Sequence record: DRR723986_4014 | Strand: one strand, 5' to 3' | Length of the DNA stretch: 64,000 nucleotides | Shown here: piece by piece, positions 18,201-26,947 of the stretch | How the letters are laid out: each line of letters begins with the position of its first letter | Position numbering within the stretch: position 1 is the stretch's first letter | Program-made: the position numbers and the translations under genes | The notes under the pieces: generated by a model | Seen by the model: only the letters and a program-made list of their open reading frames with translations | Databases searched by the model: none | Told to the model about the DNA's origin: nothing

Positions 18201-18793
18201 GGGGCAACGGCCGCTTGGTTGGCCCTGTCGCGCTGTTCGGAGATGTGATCCAGCAGCTTGTTGATGGGATAGTTTGAGCCCCTTGAACGAAACAGGTCAC
18301 TGGCCGAATCAAGTGCCTTCTGCTTAAGCTCTTGCAGCAATGAAATGCCGGTCGTTCCGCTGCCAGTGAGCGCAGAAAACAGCGGCGTCGACTTCAGAGC
18401 GTCTTCGCCCTGTTGCAGTTCCTTCAGCGAGATTCCGAAGATCGCTTGGTAGTGCTCCAACGACAGATTGCCAAATGTTGCCGATAAATCCGCCTCTTCG
18501 ACTTCAATTGAGTCGATCGTGCACTGCACCTGATTAGATCGCCCCTTTCGACGGACAAACTCCAATTGCCGCCCGTCCTCCAGTTCGGCCGCAACACTGG
18601 ACTGCATCTGACCGGACAGCCGGTATGGCGTCCGCACTGGAAAACCGAAAAGCGACTGGCGGATTCCGTTCAACGCCGTCGTCTTGCCTGATTCGTTTGC
18701 ACCGTAAACGAGAACAAAGGGAGCGGAATCGAATTCGAACCGACGGGACGCATAAACACCATAGTTCTCCAAGGAGATCGACTTAAGCTTCAT
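15212..18793 (-). CDS. YhaN-like (Rad50/SbcC superfamily, AAA_27) coiled-coil ATPase
   Basis: Walker A GANESGKTT, long coiled coil, signature LSTGTREQLYLALR, Walker B VLMDD, SCH. Confidence 0.9.
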   Translation of the reverse strand: MKLKSISLENYGVYASRRFEFDSAPFVLVYGANESGKTTALNGIRQSLFGFPVRTPYRLSGQMQSSVAAELEDGRQLEFVRRKGRSNQVQCTIDSIEVEEADLSATFGNLSLEHYQAIFGISLKELQQGEDALKSTPLFSALTGSGTTGISLLQELKQKALDSASDLFRSRGSNYPINKLLDHISEQRDRANQAAVAPTAINNLRVEIAETQRLSKQLRERYESSFHRRARLQAQLRVLPKLRALREATERLKHTDVPDGVDRTAVANWQEYSKRRKSLAERKEELSKKLIYTQKLLNQLPRTTGTSSQAPAIERLGHQAADIEFKRKQLVESSDGASKSRTVLAGLAVELELPLDSLLATPDILPQVSQRQRSHWKDASAEVQELRRDAQALRDQIRSADQSLSELQRAFIEQLQASNTSNSGLTVDIDQVASEHLDDDFVAELAPEQTELAHLSRLVQDCVAAEQEVKQCEADLRGRGSDPGFVELQEKASSLLRPGEILLASFSTPDLKWFDQTLSTEAELLKEREAAKKQSAALSQEIDSLRGREQSADDLTGTKLLERIDELRSRRDKLLQNWNDDLSQPLIAQTLDAEEQTQRLGELQSLFLAIDDAYSELTLSAKTLAKIQHEQTVLADKEQQLGECAEAMSHIEAQLAALRAEVEEHTKALPLRSATLRELAAWSEHYSRWCAAQLRIDEAARKLLQSQSVLRSRRDAIIDHWPEVLRDEFDIEDCVASLNDWQRIRESYQQLTRRSAKFLESQNRNNARSVELERAVVQIEDKFSRWLMEHTIGGSWDIADFDALTETLDRAAHELNTHIRTLRQATELNEQITAFENSIKDVSSTLSEDAASAVDSKIPPEDLAKQWLSAIQKDRSNSQERLRLSTELEHCEATIKELDESLTLLDEKLAEIATAVGSVGSVDKVMQSIIHAEEFRATIAQCRSAIESSGVSVEDMESLDESAATLEVEDLNRVLADLDVQRQESDRKSGQLAEQLKQMSNSDASAEHLQSIQNARSELAELAQQWLVQRTAVFVAERALALHAKENEPRLLQLSKHYLSQLTRGKYVGVEHQPQGKSAKSQQVSVRRADGATKWPSELSTGTREQLYLALRMAFVQQYAETHEPLPVLMDDCLVNFDDDRMESAIESFGNWDSRVQTILFSCHSRSLDVVRRSLPNARIIELDKLGEPVAVT

Positions 18794-20078
18794 CGTCTTG
18801 CTCCCTTAGCAATCCGGCCGTTAGTAGACTGGCCGCCTCAGCTACGATGGGTTCCAGTTGGAGTGTGTTTGCGACGGGTTGCTCCTGCGTGGCTGGGCTA
18901 AGATCAGCAACTAGGTCGGGCAAGTCCCGCTCGGCCTTCCGCAGAAGTTCATCAAGCGCCGTTTGCAGCTCACTGCGAACTACATCACTTTCCTGAATTT
19001 GTTCCACGACCCTGGAAACATACTCTAGAGGCACATCCACAGACGCATCCGCACGTGCGATGTCGGGAAGCGATTTTGTTTTAAGGCGTTCGAGCCAAAC
19101 GTTGCCCAGCTCGTTGAAGCTTTCCGCGATGACTTCGGTCAGTTGCCCCTGAGTCGCAACACTTGCAAGTTCACTGTGTAGCCTGGTTTGCCCCGTCAGG
19201 TCAATTCGCAGCGCGTGCTCGGCTGCTGAATCGTCGCGAATGACAGGCCGCACCGCTTCATTCACCAGGTGCGGAATATCAGCCGCCCGCTCGGCGGTCG
19301 ACACGTCGACCTGAAGGTGCTTCCACCGGACCGAGTCGGTGTCGACAAACGTAACGTCTGCTAGTCGGCCGTCTTCGATCGAAACGAGGTTGACGCCCTT
19401 CGCTCCAGGTTCACGAATATGACGTCCTTGAATGCAACCACTGTAGCCGACGTAGCACTGCTGGCTGAGCGACGCTTCGGTTCGGGCGTGAATGTGCCCC
19501 AGAGCCCAGTAGTCGTAGCCTTTCGCGTCCAAAACACTCACGGTCGTCGGCGCGTAGGTGTCATGGTTCGCGTGGCCGGAAAGGGAAGTGTGGAGGACAC
19601 CAATATTAAAGTAGCCGTCGACAGCCAATGGGTATTCAGCGGCTAAGTCGTCTTGCACGCTGCGGGACGAAAAACTCTGACCATGAATGGCGAGACCTGC
19701 TGCTTCAATCAGCACTGTTTCGGGTTGATCACTGCGAAGTTGAGTGATGCCATCGGACCATTTAGCAGACTTGCCCGCGGCACTGTAAGCATCATGGTTT
19801 CCTTGAATCAAAACGACTTGAATTCCTTCCGCCGTCAAACGTCTGAATTGTCCTTCGAGCCATATGGCCGAACTTGAGTCACGGACTGGGCCGTCGAATA
19901 GATCTCCGGCGATGACGAGTGCCGCGACGTTCTGCTCAAGTGCGAGGGCAACGATCTTCTCAACCGCGATTCGCGTCGCGCCACGAAGGCGTTTCGCTGC
20001 TTCGGGGGCAAGTTTTTTCAGGCCTGCCAACGGGCTGTCCAGATGGAAATCCGCCGCGTGGATAAATTTTACTGTCAT
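18783..20078 (-). CDS. YhaO-like (Mre11/SbcD) metallophosphoesterase nuclease
   Basis: HAADFHLDSP, AGDLFD, GNHD, LHTS, YWALGHIH; overlaps the ATPase start by 11 bp. Confidence 0.92.
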   Translation of the reverse strand: MTVKFIHAADFHLDSPLAGLKKLAPEAAKRLRGATRIAVEKIVALALEQNVAALVIAGDLFDGPVRDSSSAIWLEGQFRRLTAEGIQVVLIQGNHDAYSAAGKSAKWSDGITQLRSDQPETVLIEAAGLAIHGQSFSSRSVQDDLAAEYPLAVDGYFNIGVLHTSLSGHANHDTYAPTTVSVLDAKGYDYWALGHIHARTEASLSQQCYVGYSGCIQGRHIREPGAKGVNLVSIEDGRLADVTFVDTDSVRWKHLQVDVSTAERAADIPHLVNEAVRPVIRDDSAAEHALRIDLTGQTRLHSELASVATQGQLTEVIAESFNELGNVWLERLKTKSLPDIARADASVDVPLEYVSRVVEQIQESDVVRSELQTALDELLRKAERDLPDLVADLSPATQEQPVANTLQLEPIVAEAASLLTAGLLREQDDEA

Positions 20079-20101
20079 CAAACTTCCTTGTGCGCGGCAG
20101 C

Positions 20102-23100
20102 TTATTTTGAAGCGTGGTCTGCTGCTAGCAGACCGGCGGTTGCGGTGTCCGAGTGATTGTGGACCGAATCTGGATCGTCACTATGGTCGATTCTAGCTAT
20201 CTCGTCGGTGTTCACCATGACTAGGAAGCTTTTGATCTTCTCCAGCGGTAGCCCGAAGAGCTGGCCAACCAAAGAAGCGTACATGTTCATTTGCGGCCGG
20301 TGGAAATCCACACGCTCGGCTAACCAGATCAAACTTAGGCGTTGATCGTAGGCGTCTGTTTTGAAGTCGAATATCTCGGCAGATTCCGGCTGTCCATTCC
20401 GGTAGACAACCGCCAGTCGATCAATTGCACCTGAGATGAGTTGGTTCTCGACAAGCAGATTGACCGGCCGTTCGGTATCGATCTCAATGGTGACAACATC
20501 CGAGGACGATTCCTGCCACCGGTAACGATTGCGTCCAATCGCACTGTAAACGTTGGGTTGTTTGATGATTCTGCGGAAGTCCCTGATCACGGCGGAAACG
20601 GACACTACTGCAAGCTCATCTGGAGGAAGCGTCGATCGAGCAATACGGTGGAGCTGGGTGTCGTCTAAGCCGAATTCTTCAACCCAGGTTATCTGCTGCA
20701 AGAAGGCGTGGATCAGTTTTCCACGCGCCGCACCTGCACTCTTGGAATGCGAGAACGCATCCGCAAACTCAAGGACGTCGCTCTTTGGCTTGTTGCTCGG
20801 TCCAGTGACTTGCAGCATCCGAGCAGTGGATCTGCTCGGCTCCGTATTCAATCTTAGCGACGGAAGCTGCTCTGCCGAACTGGCGTGATCACCACTTTCG
20901 CCCTCACTATCCGACTGTAAAGCCATGTCGACAGGCGACTCGGTGCCAGAATACCAGTGACTGTTCCCGTGTTCGTAGACTAATGTCTCGGGTTTGCTAG
21001 CCAAGTCACGGTTGCCAAGAACACTTTGCAGCAGCGAACCGAACTCAGCCGACGGGGCGCTCTTGGACGGTCGAGCGTACATGTACAGGGCTCGTTTGGC
21101 TCGCGTCATTGCGACGTAGAGGAGGCAGAGCGATTCCTTGATCGCTGCATCTTTGGCAGCATCAAAAGCGTCTTGCCAGTCGTCAGGTAGTTTCCGCTGC
21201 AGCGAGGAGTTCATGTATCGCAGCACTCCCGTCGCCGGCTTGCAAGGATCTTCACCACGCAGAACGAACAGCGGATTCTGCGAGGTCATGGAAGTAGAAA
21301 GGTCGGGCAGGAACACTGCGTCAAACTCGAGACCTTTGCTCTTGTGTACGGTCATCACTTTGACTTGGGAACTGCTCGGTAGTGCGGCCTTCTGCGTTTC
21401 GACAATTTCTTCAAAACCGGATAAGCGCCCACCACCCTCACGGTCGAAGGTTTCCGCCAGTTCGATCAGTTGCTTGACTCGGAACGCATCCCAGGAGTTC
21501 ATTGAAGCCGATATGCCGGTGGCCATGTGGTTTAGTGTCCGAGCCAAACCATCCCTCGCAACCTTACTTCGAAGCCAAAGGGCCAACTCGACCGGTTCCT
21601 TCCGAGGGTGCAGCGGGAGAGAGTCCATCAGCGGCGAAGTTTCGACATGAAACTGTGCAATTCGATCGCCCGGGTGATCGCCCAAATGAACGAGCGAGAG
21701 GAGCAACTGAACGGCGGCTGAGTCGGTCAGCGGGTTGCCACCGTCTTGACTGGCCGATACACCTCGCTGCCGCAACAATCCGATCATGCGGGCAACTTGC
21801 GCGTTTGTTCGAAAGAGTACACCGACGCTGCAGCCCGTTTGCTGAGTTAGTTCGGCGATCTGATTCGCAACGAAACTGAGCGACTCGAATTCCTTTTGAT
21901 CGGGCGGCATTCGGTGTGATTGCTTGAGTGTGTTTTGCAGACGAACATAGCCATCGATATCCGTCAATGCAGTTTCATGTTCGGGAAAGTTCTTCGACCA
22001 ACTGCTGGCCATCGACTCACAACCGGAGAAGTTGGAGTGGTTCGATAGGTTCGAGAAGACAGTATTGACGGTCTCGATTACCGCGGGACTACTTCGGAAG
22101 CTGCGAGCCAGCGTGTGCTGTTCTACGGACGGAATATCTTGACTGACAGAGTCGAAGATTTCCGCAACGCCGCCTCGCCAAGAGTAGATCGCTTGCTTCG
22201 TATCCCCGACGCAGAAAAACGATCCTGGCGATGCTTGCGACGCTTCGCCTGGTTCACTTGGCATAGATTGAGCGTCGGCGATTGCCCGCTGAACAGAAGT
22301 GGTTTGGTCAAGCGTTTGCTCGGTAGTACGAGACGCTTCGGCTACTGCCAAAGGCCGCAAGACATTCCACTGCTCAGGCGCAGTGTCTTGGAATTCGTCT
22401 AACAGCAGGTGGCGGATCCGACAGTCGAGTCGGTACTCCAGCGTCGATACTTGCTCTGGCGAAGCATCTTGCTCCGCTTGGCCCTGAATCCAATTGGCAA
22501 GAAAATGGGCGACATCGCTGAAAGCCATTTGCCGCGAGACCTTCATCATCGACAAATACTCTTTGTCATAGGCGCTCAACACGTCATAACTGGCAACAGT
22601 CTGCCTTCGTCGGGCGGGCAAAATCTCAGCGGCCGCCCGTTCCGAGATCACGCCAAGAGCAAAACACAGATCGCCAGGAATAGGCTTTCGATAGTAGGTC
22701 GGCTCGTCGTCATCGATCTTCTCGTAGATGCCGTGTTCGATCACGTTTTCCCAATCGCCGATACTCGCCATCAGGTGCAGTTTCTGAAGTTGAGCGTCAG
22801 CACTCTTTTGGTTCAGGCTGGCAGACTCAAGCGTCTTCAATGCCGACTCGATCGCACCCTCACTCGGCGCAGGTGGCAGAGGCAACGTGTCCCAGGCGTG
22901 TTCGGTTGTCGAGCGGTAAATCGAAAAACCGCTTTGAACTGTTTGCCTCACCTGCTGGATGACTTGCCTCGTAGATTCTCCCTTGGCAAGCATTTGCACC
23001 AGGTGAACCAATGTTTGGCGATCGTGTGCGTCCAGCAATCTAGCGATACAGTCAACCTGAGCGATTGGTTCACGGGCGGGATCCATGGTCGACCATCCCG

Positions 23101-26100
23101 GTGGCAGTCCCATTTCCAGGCCGAAAGTACGTGCTAGTTGAGCAAAGAAGCTATCCAGCGTGCTGATTCGCAGTCGGTGGATTGTCTTAGTGATTTTCCG
23201 CAAAGCGGCGAGGCACGAGGCCGCGGTAATGTGTGCTCCGCAGAATGTTTGGAGTTCTTCCAGTTGTTTGGTTTGGTAACAAGCGCTGGCCAGTCGCATC
23301 AGCACTCGGTCTAAGATTTCCCCGGCAGCCTTTCGCGTGAACGTAGTCGCAAGAATGTCGTCGACGTCTTCGCCGCGCAGAATGATCTCCAGCAAGCGGT
23401 TGCTTAACTGGAAAGTCTTTCCGGTTCCGGCCGAAGCCCGAATCATGGTGGCTGAATAGTCGCTCGGAGATTGCTGGATGGTAAGTATTCCAGGTCTACT
23501 GGCCTCCGCAACCGTCTCGGAGTCAATCTTGATCTCGGGGGCACGCCACAGGTCCTCGGTCATCTGGTGCGAGATGCTCGGTGCGTTTTGGCTGGTTCCA
23601 GATTGACAAATTCGTTCAAAGTCGTCGTACTCAACCCGCGCTGGTGAATCGTCGTTCCAGAATTCTCCCCGCACAACGCTACTGGCCACTTCATGTGACT
23701 TCGCATCTGAAGCAGCCAGTTGTTCGGCGGTAAATTCAGCCGGGTAAAATCCGGTCGAAGTAGCCTGCTTTGGCACCGAGATGTATCCGAGTGTCGGCTC
23801 CCCCTCGACTCCAAGTTTGCTCGCCAAGTGGCGGTAGAGTGGTAGCTGCAGGTCTTTCCAGCCAGCTTTCTCTGTGTAGTGAACCGTCAGCGGTGACTTG
23901 GCGGATTCACTGGTCTTGTAATCCCAAATTGCCCACTGGTTCAGATCTGCGTTGTAATCAATGCGGTCAACCCGGCCGATCAATGCAAGGCGTTCGTCGC
24001 CACTGCCCAGCAGAACCTGGTCCTTCTCTTCGACGGCCACCTCAACGTGCTTGATCACCCAACCGGCTTCGGCTCTAGCAGCTTGCTTGGGAGCGAACGC
24101 TTGTAAACGCAACCGAGCTTGTTCGATTTGAATCAGAACGGCTGGAGGCGGATTGTGCCCGAACTGTTCACTGGCCAACTGCTCCAGGCGCTCAAGCAGG
24201 AACGTCTCGATCGCTTCGGCGTCGGTGCAGTCACACATGTGCGGCTCGCCCAAGCCATCGAGCGTCTCGTGGACGAGGACTCCGAAGGTGGCGGCGTCCA
24301 TCTCTCGCGTCGCGTCGTCTTCACCGCGAAGGCGGAGCACATGCTTGAGGTAAAACCGATAGGGGCAAGCAAGGTAGTCGCGAAACGCCGTCACCGACAT
24401 GCGCTTCAGCGGAGCGCGTTTCTGCGGCAGCGGAATCACCAGACGCCCATCAGAATCTTCCTCCCCAATCAGCAGGTCTGGCGAGCGGAATTCCGGCAAG
24501 CGATCGCAGTGCGATTCATCGATCAGGTGGAGCACGCGTGCAGGCAGTTGCTCGATCTTACATGCCGTCAGCAACCGGCTTGGGGTGAGCGGATCGCCAA
24601 CGGCGTCCTTGCGTCCTACAACGAATTTGACATCCCGCCGAGTCTTCAGCATCAACTGCATCGAATACAAATCACGAGCGAATCGCTGGGAATTGTCGAG
24701 CAGGCCAAGTTGCCGCCGGAGGCTATTGGGTAGGAAGGCGTCTGAGTTGATGCTGTCGGGAACAACCCCGTCATGCATGCCCGCAACAATCAGCCCAGGA
24801 GCACCATCCAGGGCAAGCTCAAGCCAGCCTAGAATCTCCAGCGATTGCGCGTCAGGCTTCTCTGCGACAAGCTCAGTATCCATTGCACGCAACAGCCACT
24901 GGATAATTTCGCTGGAGTCTACAGTCGGATCTAACTGCTTCGGTAACTCGCGGAGTGCTCCGATGTGCGCCGCGACTCGCGTCGCAGATTGAAATAGGAG
25001 CTGATCTGCAGCATTTTCTTCTTCGCCGGACAACCCTTCGTAGGCCGTAGCAAGCGTTTGTAAGAGTGGTTGTACCCATCCTGACAAACGTCGGGGTTTC
25101 TTCGGTAACTTACTCAGCCATTTCGTTACTGTGTTGTATACGGCCGAAAATGTCTTCGCACCTGGTGCCGACTCACAAATGAATCCGTCCAGCAACTTCG
25201 GCACGACTGCCGTCGAGTACTTGTCGATCTCGCTCAACCAGTTGTCTTCAACGGTCGTCTTGGTTTGCCGAATCACATTTGACACAGCCGGATGTCGAAT
25301 GAGAGCAGCGAAGTCACGGAAGTGGCGAGTGCTCGCATAGGCAGCGATCAGCTTCAGCAGCACCGCCGGCTCGGTACTGGTCAATGCGTCGCCGGCACCA
25401 TGCCGCGTAGCCACGCCGACGCTATCGAGCTGGCGGCGGACAGCACCTATGAGGCTCGAGTCGGGGATTCCAAGTGTAAGCTCGCGAATATGATATTGGC
25501 CCTGCCACTGCCCAAGTACTCCACTTACCAGTGCAGCCTGTTGATCGGGCGAGTTGGTGACCAGCAATTGCCGTTCGTCGATATCGAGATCGAGCTCTTG
25601 CCAAAGTTGAGACTCCAAGCCGCCCAAGCTGTCAAACTTATGCGCGTCCGTTTGATCAGCGGCAACCCAGATCTCTACTAGCGGAGAAACACTGCGAAGC
25701 ATCGAACGCTGAGTAGCGTTGAGGTCAACGCATCCGACCACCAAGATTTTTTGCCGTGGGTTCTCTTTGACGTAAGCTGCTGTTTCGTTCTGCTCAAGGG
25801 CAACTAATCGGGCCGTCTGAACATCCCACATCCCTAGTGTGTCGAGCCGCTCTAGATACTTGGCTTGTAGCTGGCCGAGCAATCTCCAGCGGTCTCCCTC
25901 GGAATGGTTGCCAAAGTGTTCGGCCACATCGGCGAAGTTCAATTGTTCGCTCGCCAACTCACGATGCAGCTTGCGAAGGACCCGCCCAAGCTCTAACCAG
26001 GCAACCGTGGCATCGGTGGCAGGAGGCGTGGGCAGTAGAACCGTCAGCTCGTCACTGGGCGTGTTCTTCAGGCACTCAGCCCATACAAGCTCTTGAACTG

Positions 26101-26470
26101 TATCGGTCGCGAAAGGGAATTTCGCGTCGTAGAGTCGTTCGGGAAGTCCCCCGATAGTCAGTAGTTTCGGCGGGTAGAGAATAATGCCTTCCGACTCAGC
26201 GCGGATCGAAAGGATCTCGTTCAGTCGGCGGCAAGCCATGCTGCCCGGCAAGACAACCAGTACGCTTCGCAGGTCGCACGTCCGCTCGCTACGAAATTCT
26301 TGGAGCAAACGATCTGCAGTAGCTTGCAAGATCGGCGTGTTTCCGCCCAAGAAAACTCGTTGACCTATCGTACCAACGCTTGCGCTTGGTGACGCATCGT
26401 TGGATACTTGGTTGCCTGTTTCCGAACTTCCGCTATTCAAAATACCAGTCCTTTCGGGTCTCCGGTCCAC
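20102..26470 (-). CDS. Fused AddB-like nuclease + AddA-like UvrD helicase-nuclease
   Basis: N half: ACPYRFY, GRVDRID..WDYKTS, LQLPLY. C half: ASAGTGKT, TFTRKAA, LDEFQDT, VGDTKQAIYSWRGG, TVHKSKGLEF, YVAMTRAK, GAIDRL..FDFKTD. One uninterrupted 2122-aa frame. Confidence 0.9.
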   Translation of the reverse strand: MDRRPERTGILNSGSSETGNQVSNDASPSASVGTIGQRVFLGGNTPILQATADRLLQEFRSERTCDLRSVLVVLPGSMACRRLNEILSIRAESEGIILYPPKLLTIGGLPERLYDAKFPFATDTVQELVWAECLKNTPSDELTVLLPTPPATDATVAWLELGRVLRKLHRELASEQLNFADVAEHFGNHSEGDRWRLLGQLQAKYLERLDTLGMWDVQTARLVALEQNETAAYVKENPRQKILVVGCVDLNATQRSMLRSVSPLVEIWVAADQTDAHKFDSLGGLESQLWQELDLDIDERQLLVTNSPDQQAALVSGVLGQWQGQYHIRELTLGIPDSSLIGAVRRQLDSVGVATRHGAGDALTSTEPAVLLKLIAAYASTRHFRDFAALIRHPAVSNVIRQTKTTVEDNWLSEIDKYSTAVVPKLLDGFICESAPGAKTFSAVYNTVTKWLSKLPKKPRRLSGWVQPLLQTLATAYEGLSGEEENAADQLLFQSATRVAAHIGALRELPKQLDPTVDSSEIIQWLLRAMDTELVAEKPDAQSLEILGWLELALDGAPGLIVAGMHDGVVPDSINSDAFLPNSLRRQLGLLDNSQRFARDLYSMQLMLKTRRDVKFVVGRKDAVGDPLTPSRLLTACKIEQLPARVLHLIDESHCDRLPEFRSPDLLIGEEDSDGRLVIPLPQKRAPLKRMSVTAFRDYLACPYRFYLKHVLRLRGEDDATREMDAATFGVLVHETLDGLGEPHMCDCTDAEAIETFLLERLEQLASEQFGHNPPPAVLIQIEQARLRLQAFAPKQAARAEAGWVIKHVEVAVEEKDQVLLGSGDERLALIGRVDRIDYNADLNQWAIWDYKTSESAKSPLTVHYTEKAGWKDLQLPLYRHLASKLGVEGEPTLGYISVPKQATSTGFYPAEFTAEQLAASDAKSHEVASSVVRGEFWNDDSPARVEYDDFERICQSGTSQNAPSISHQMTEDLWRAPEIKIDSETVAEASRPGILTIQQSPSDYSATMIRASAGTGKTFQLSNRLLEIILRGEDVDDILATTFTRKAAGEILDRVLMRLASACYQTKQLEELQTFCGAHITAASCLAALRKITKTIHRLRISTLDSFFAQLARTFGLEMGLPPGWSTMDPAREPIAQVDCIARLLDAHDRQTLVHLVQMLAKGESTRQVIQQVRQTVQSGFSIYRSTTEHAWDTLPLPPAPSEGAIESALKTLESASLNQKSADAQLQKLHLMASIGDWENVIEHGIYEKIDDDEPTYYRKPIPGDLCFALGVISERAAAEILPARRRQTVASYDVLSAYDKEYLSMMKVSRQMAFSDVAHFLANWIQGQAEQDASPEQVSTLEYRLDCRIRHLLLDEFQDTAPEQWNVLRPLAVAEASRTTEQTLDQTTSVQRAIADAQSMPSEPGEASQASPGSFFCVGDTKQAIYSWRGGVAEIFDSVSQDIPSVEQHTLARSFRSSPAVIETVNTVFSNLSNHSNFSGCESMASSWSKNFPEHETALTDIDGYVRLQNTLKQSHRMPPDQKEFESLSFVANQIAELTQQTGCSVGVLFRTNAQVARMIGLLRQRGVSASQDGGNPLTDSAAVQLLLSLVHLGDHPGDRIAQFHVETSPLMDSLPLHPRKEPVELALWLRSKVARDGLARTLNHMATGISASMNSWDAFRVKQLIELAETFDREGGGRLSGFEEIVETQKAALPSSSQVKVMTVHKSKGLEFDAVFLPDLSTSMTSQNPLFVLRGEDPCKPATGVLRYMNSSLQRKLPDDWQDAFDAAKDAAIKESLCLLYVAMTRAKRALYMYARPSKSAPSAEFGSLLQSVLGNRDLASKPETLVYEHGNSHWYSGTESPVDMALQSDSEGESGDHASSAEQLPSLRLNTEPSRSTARMLQVTGPSNKPKSDVLEFADAFSHSKSAGAARGKLIHAFLQQITWVEEFGLDDTQLHRIARSTLPPDELAVVSVSAVIRDFRRIIKQPNVYSAIGRNRYRWQESSSDVVTIEIDTERPVNLLVENQLISGAIDRLAVVYRNGQPESAEIFDFKTDAYDQRLSLIWLAERVDFHRPQMNMYASLVGQLFGLPLEKIKSFLVMVNTDEIARIDHSDDPDSVHNHSDTATAGLLAADHASK

Positions 26471-26947
26471 ATATCTGGAGCGTCCTGCATTCCTCCTGAG
26501 TCTTCAGAACTTGGCGGTCGCTGTGCCAAACACAGATAAGGCACCTCCCTCAAATTCTGAAGCAAGCATTATACGGGACAGGAACCTACTGGCACAGAAC
26601 CGCTTTTGCCGAACCTGCGGTGGATCCACGGCTGAAACGGAGGCATTTCAGTCTTGGGAGCCGCCTTTGAGTGGCCGCAAGAAAGGGCCATTTCTACAGA
26701 GCATCGTCCCTGGGCGGACACCTTTGGTCACGCCCCAAAAGTGACATGCTGTAGCGTCGAGCCAGTGCGGCCCGCGAATTGAGTAAGCTCGGTCAGCCAA
26801 CCGACTTGCTACCACTTCCGTTCCGGTGTCTCGTGGTCCGGGTGACGCCTGGATCGTTCCCGGGCGATGGATTCTCGAACGTCTGGCGTGATTTGTCCCA
26901 AGTCATTTTCGTGACTGACTGGGCATCATAGATGACATCGTAAACCG

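Noticed and set aside
26590-26604. TGGCACAGAACCGC sigma-54-like site
   Set aside because: GG-to-GC spacing is one base short and it points away from any nearby start
26830-26860. Sequence resembling an attC right arm (CCGGGTGACGCC..TCGTT)
   Set aside because: No convincing complementary left arm or associated cassette ORF
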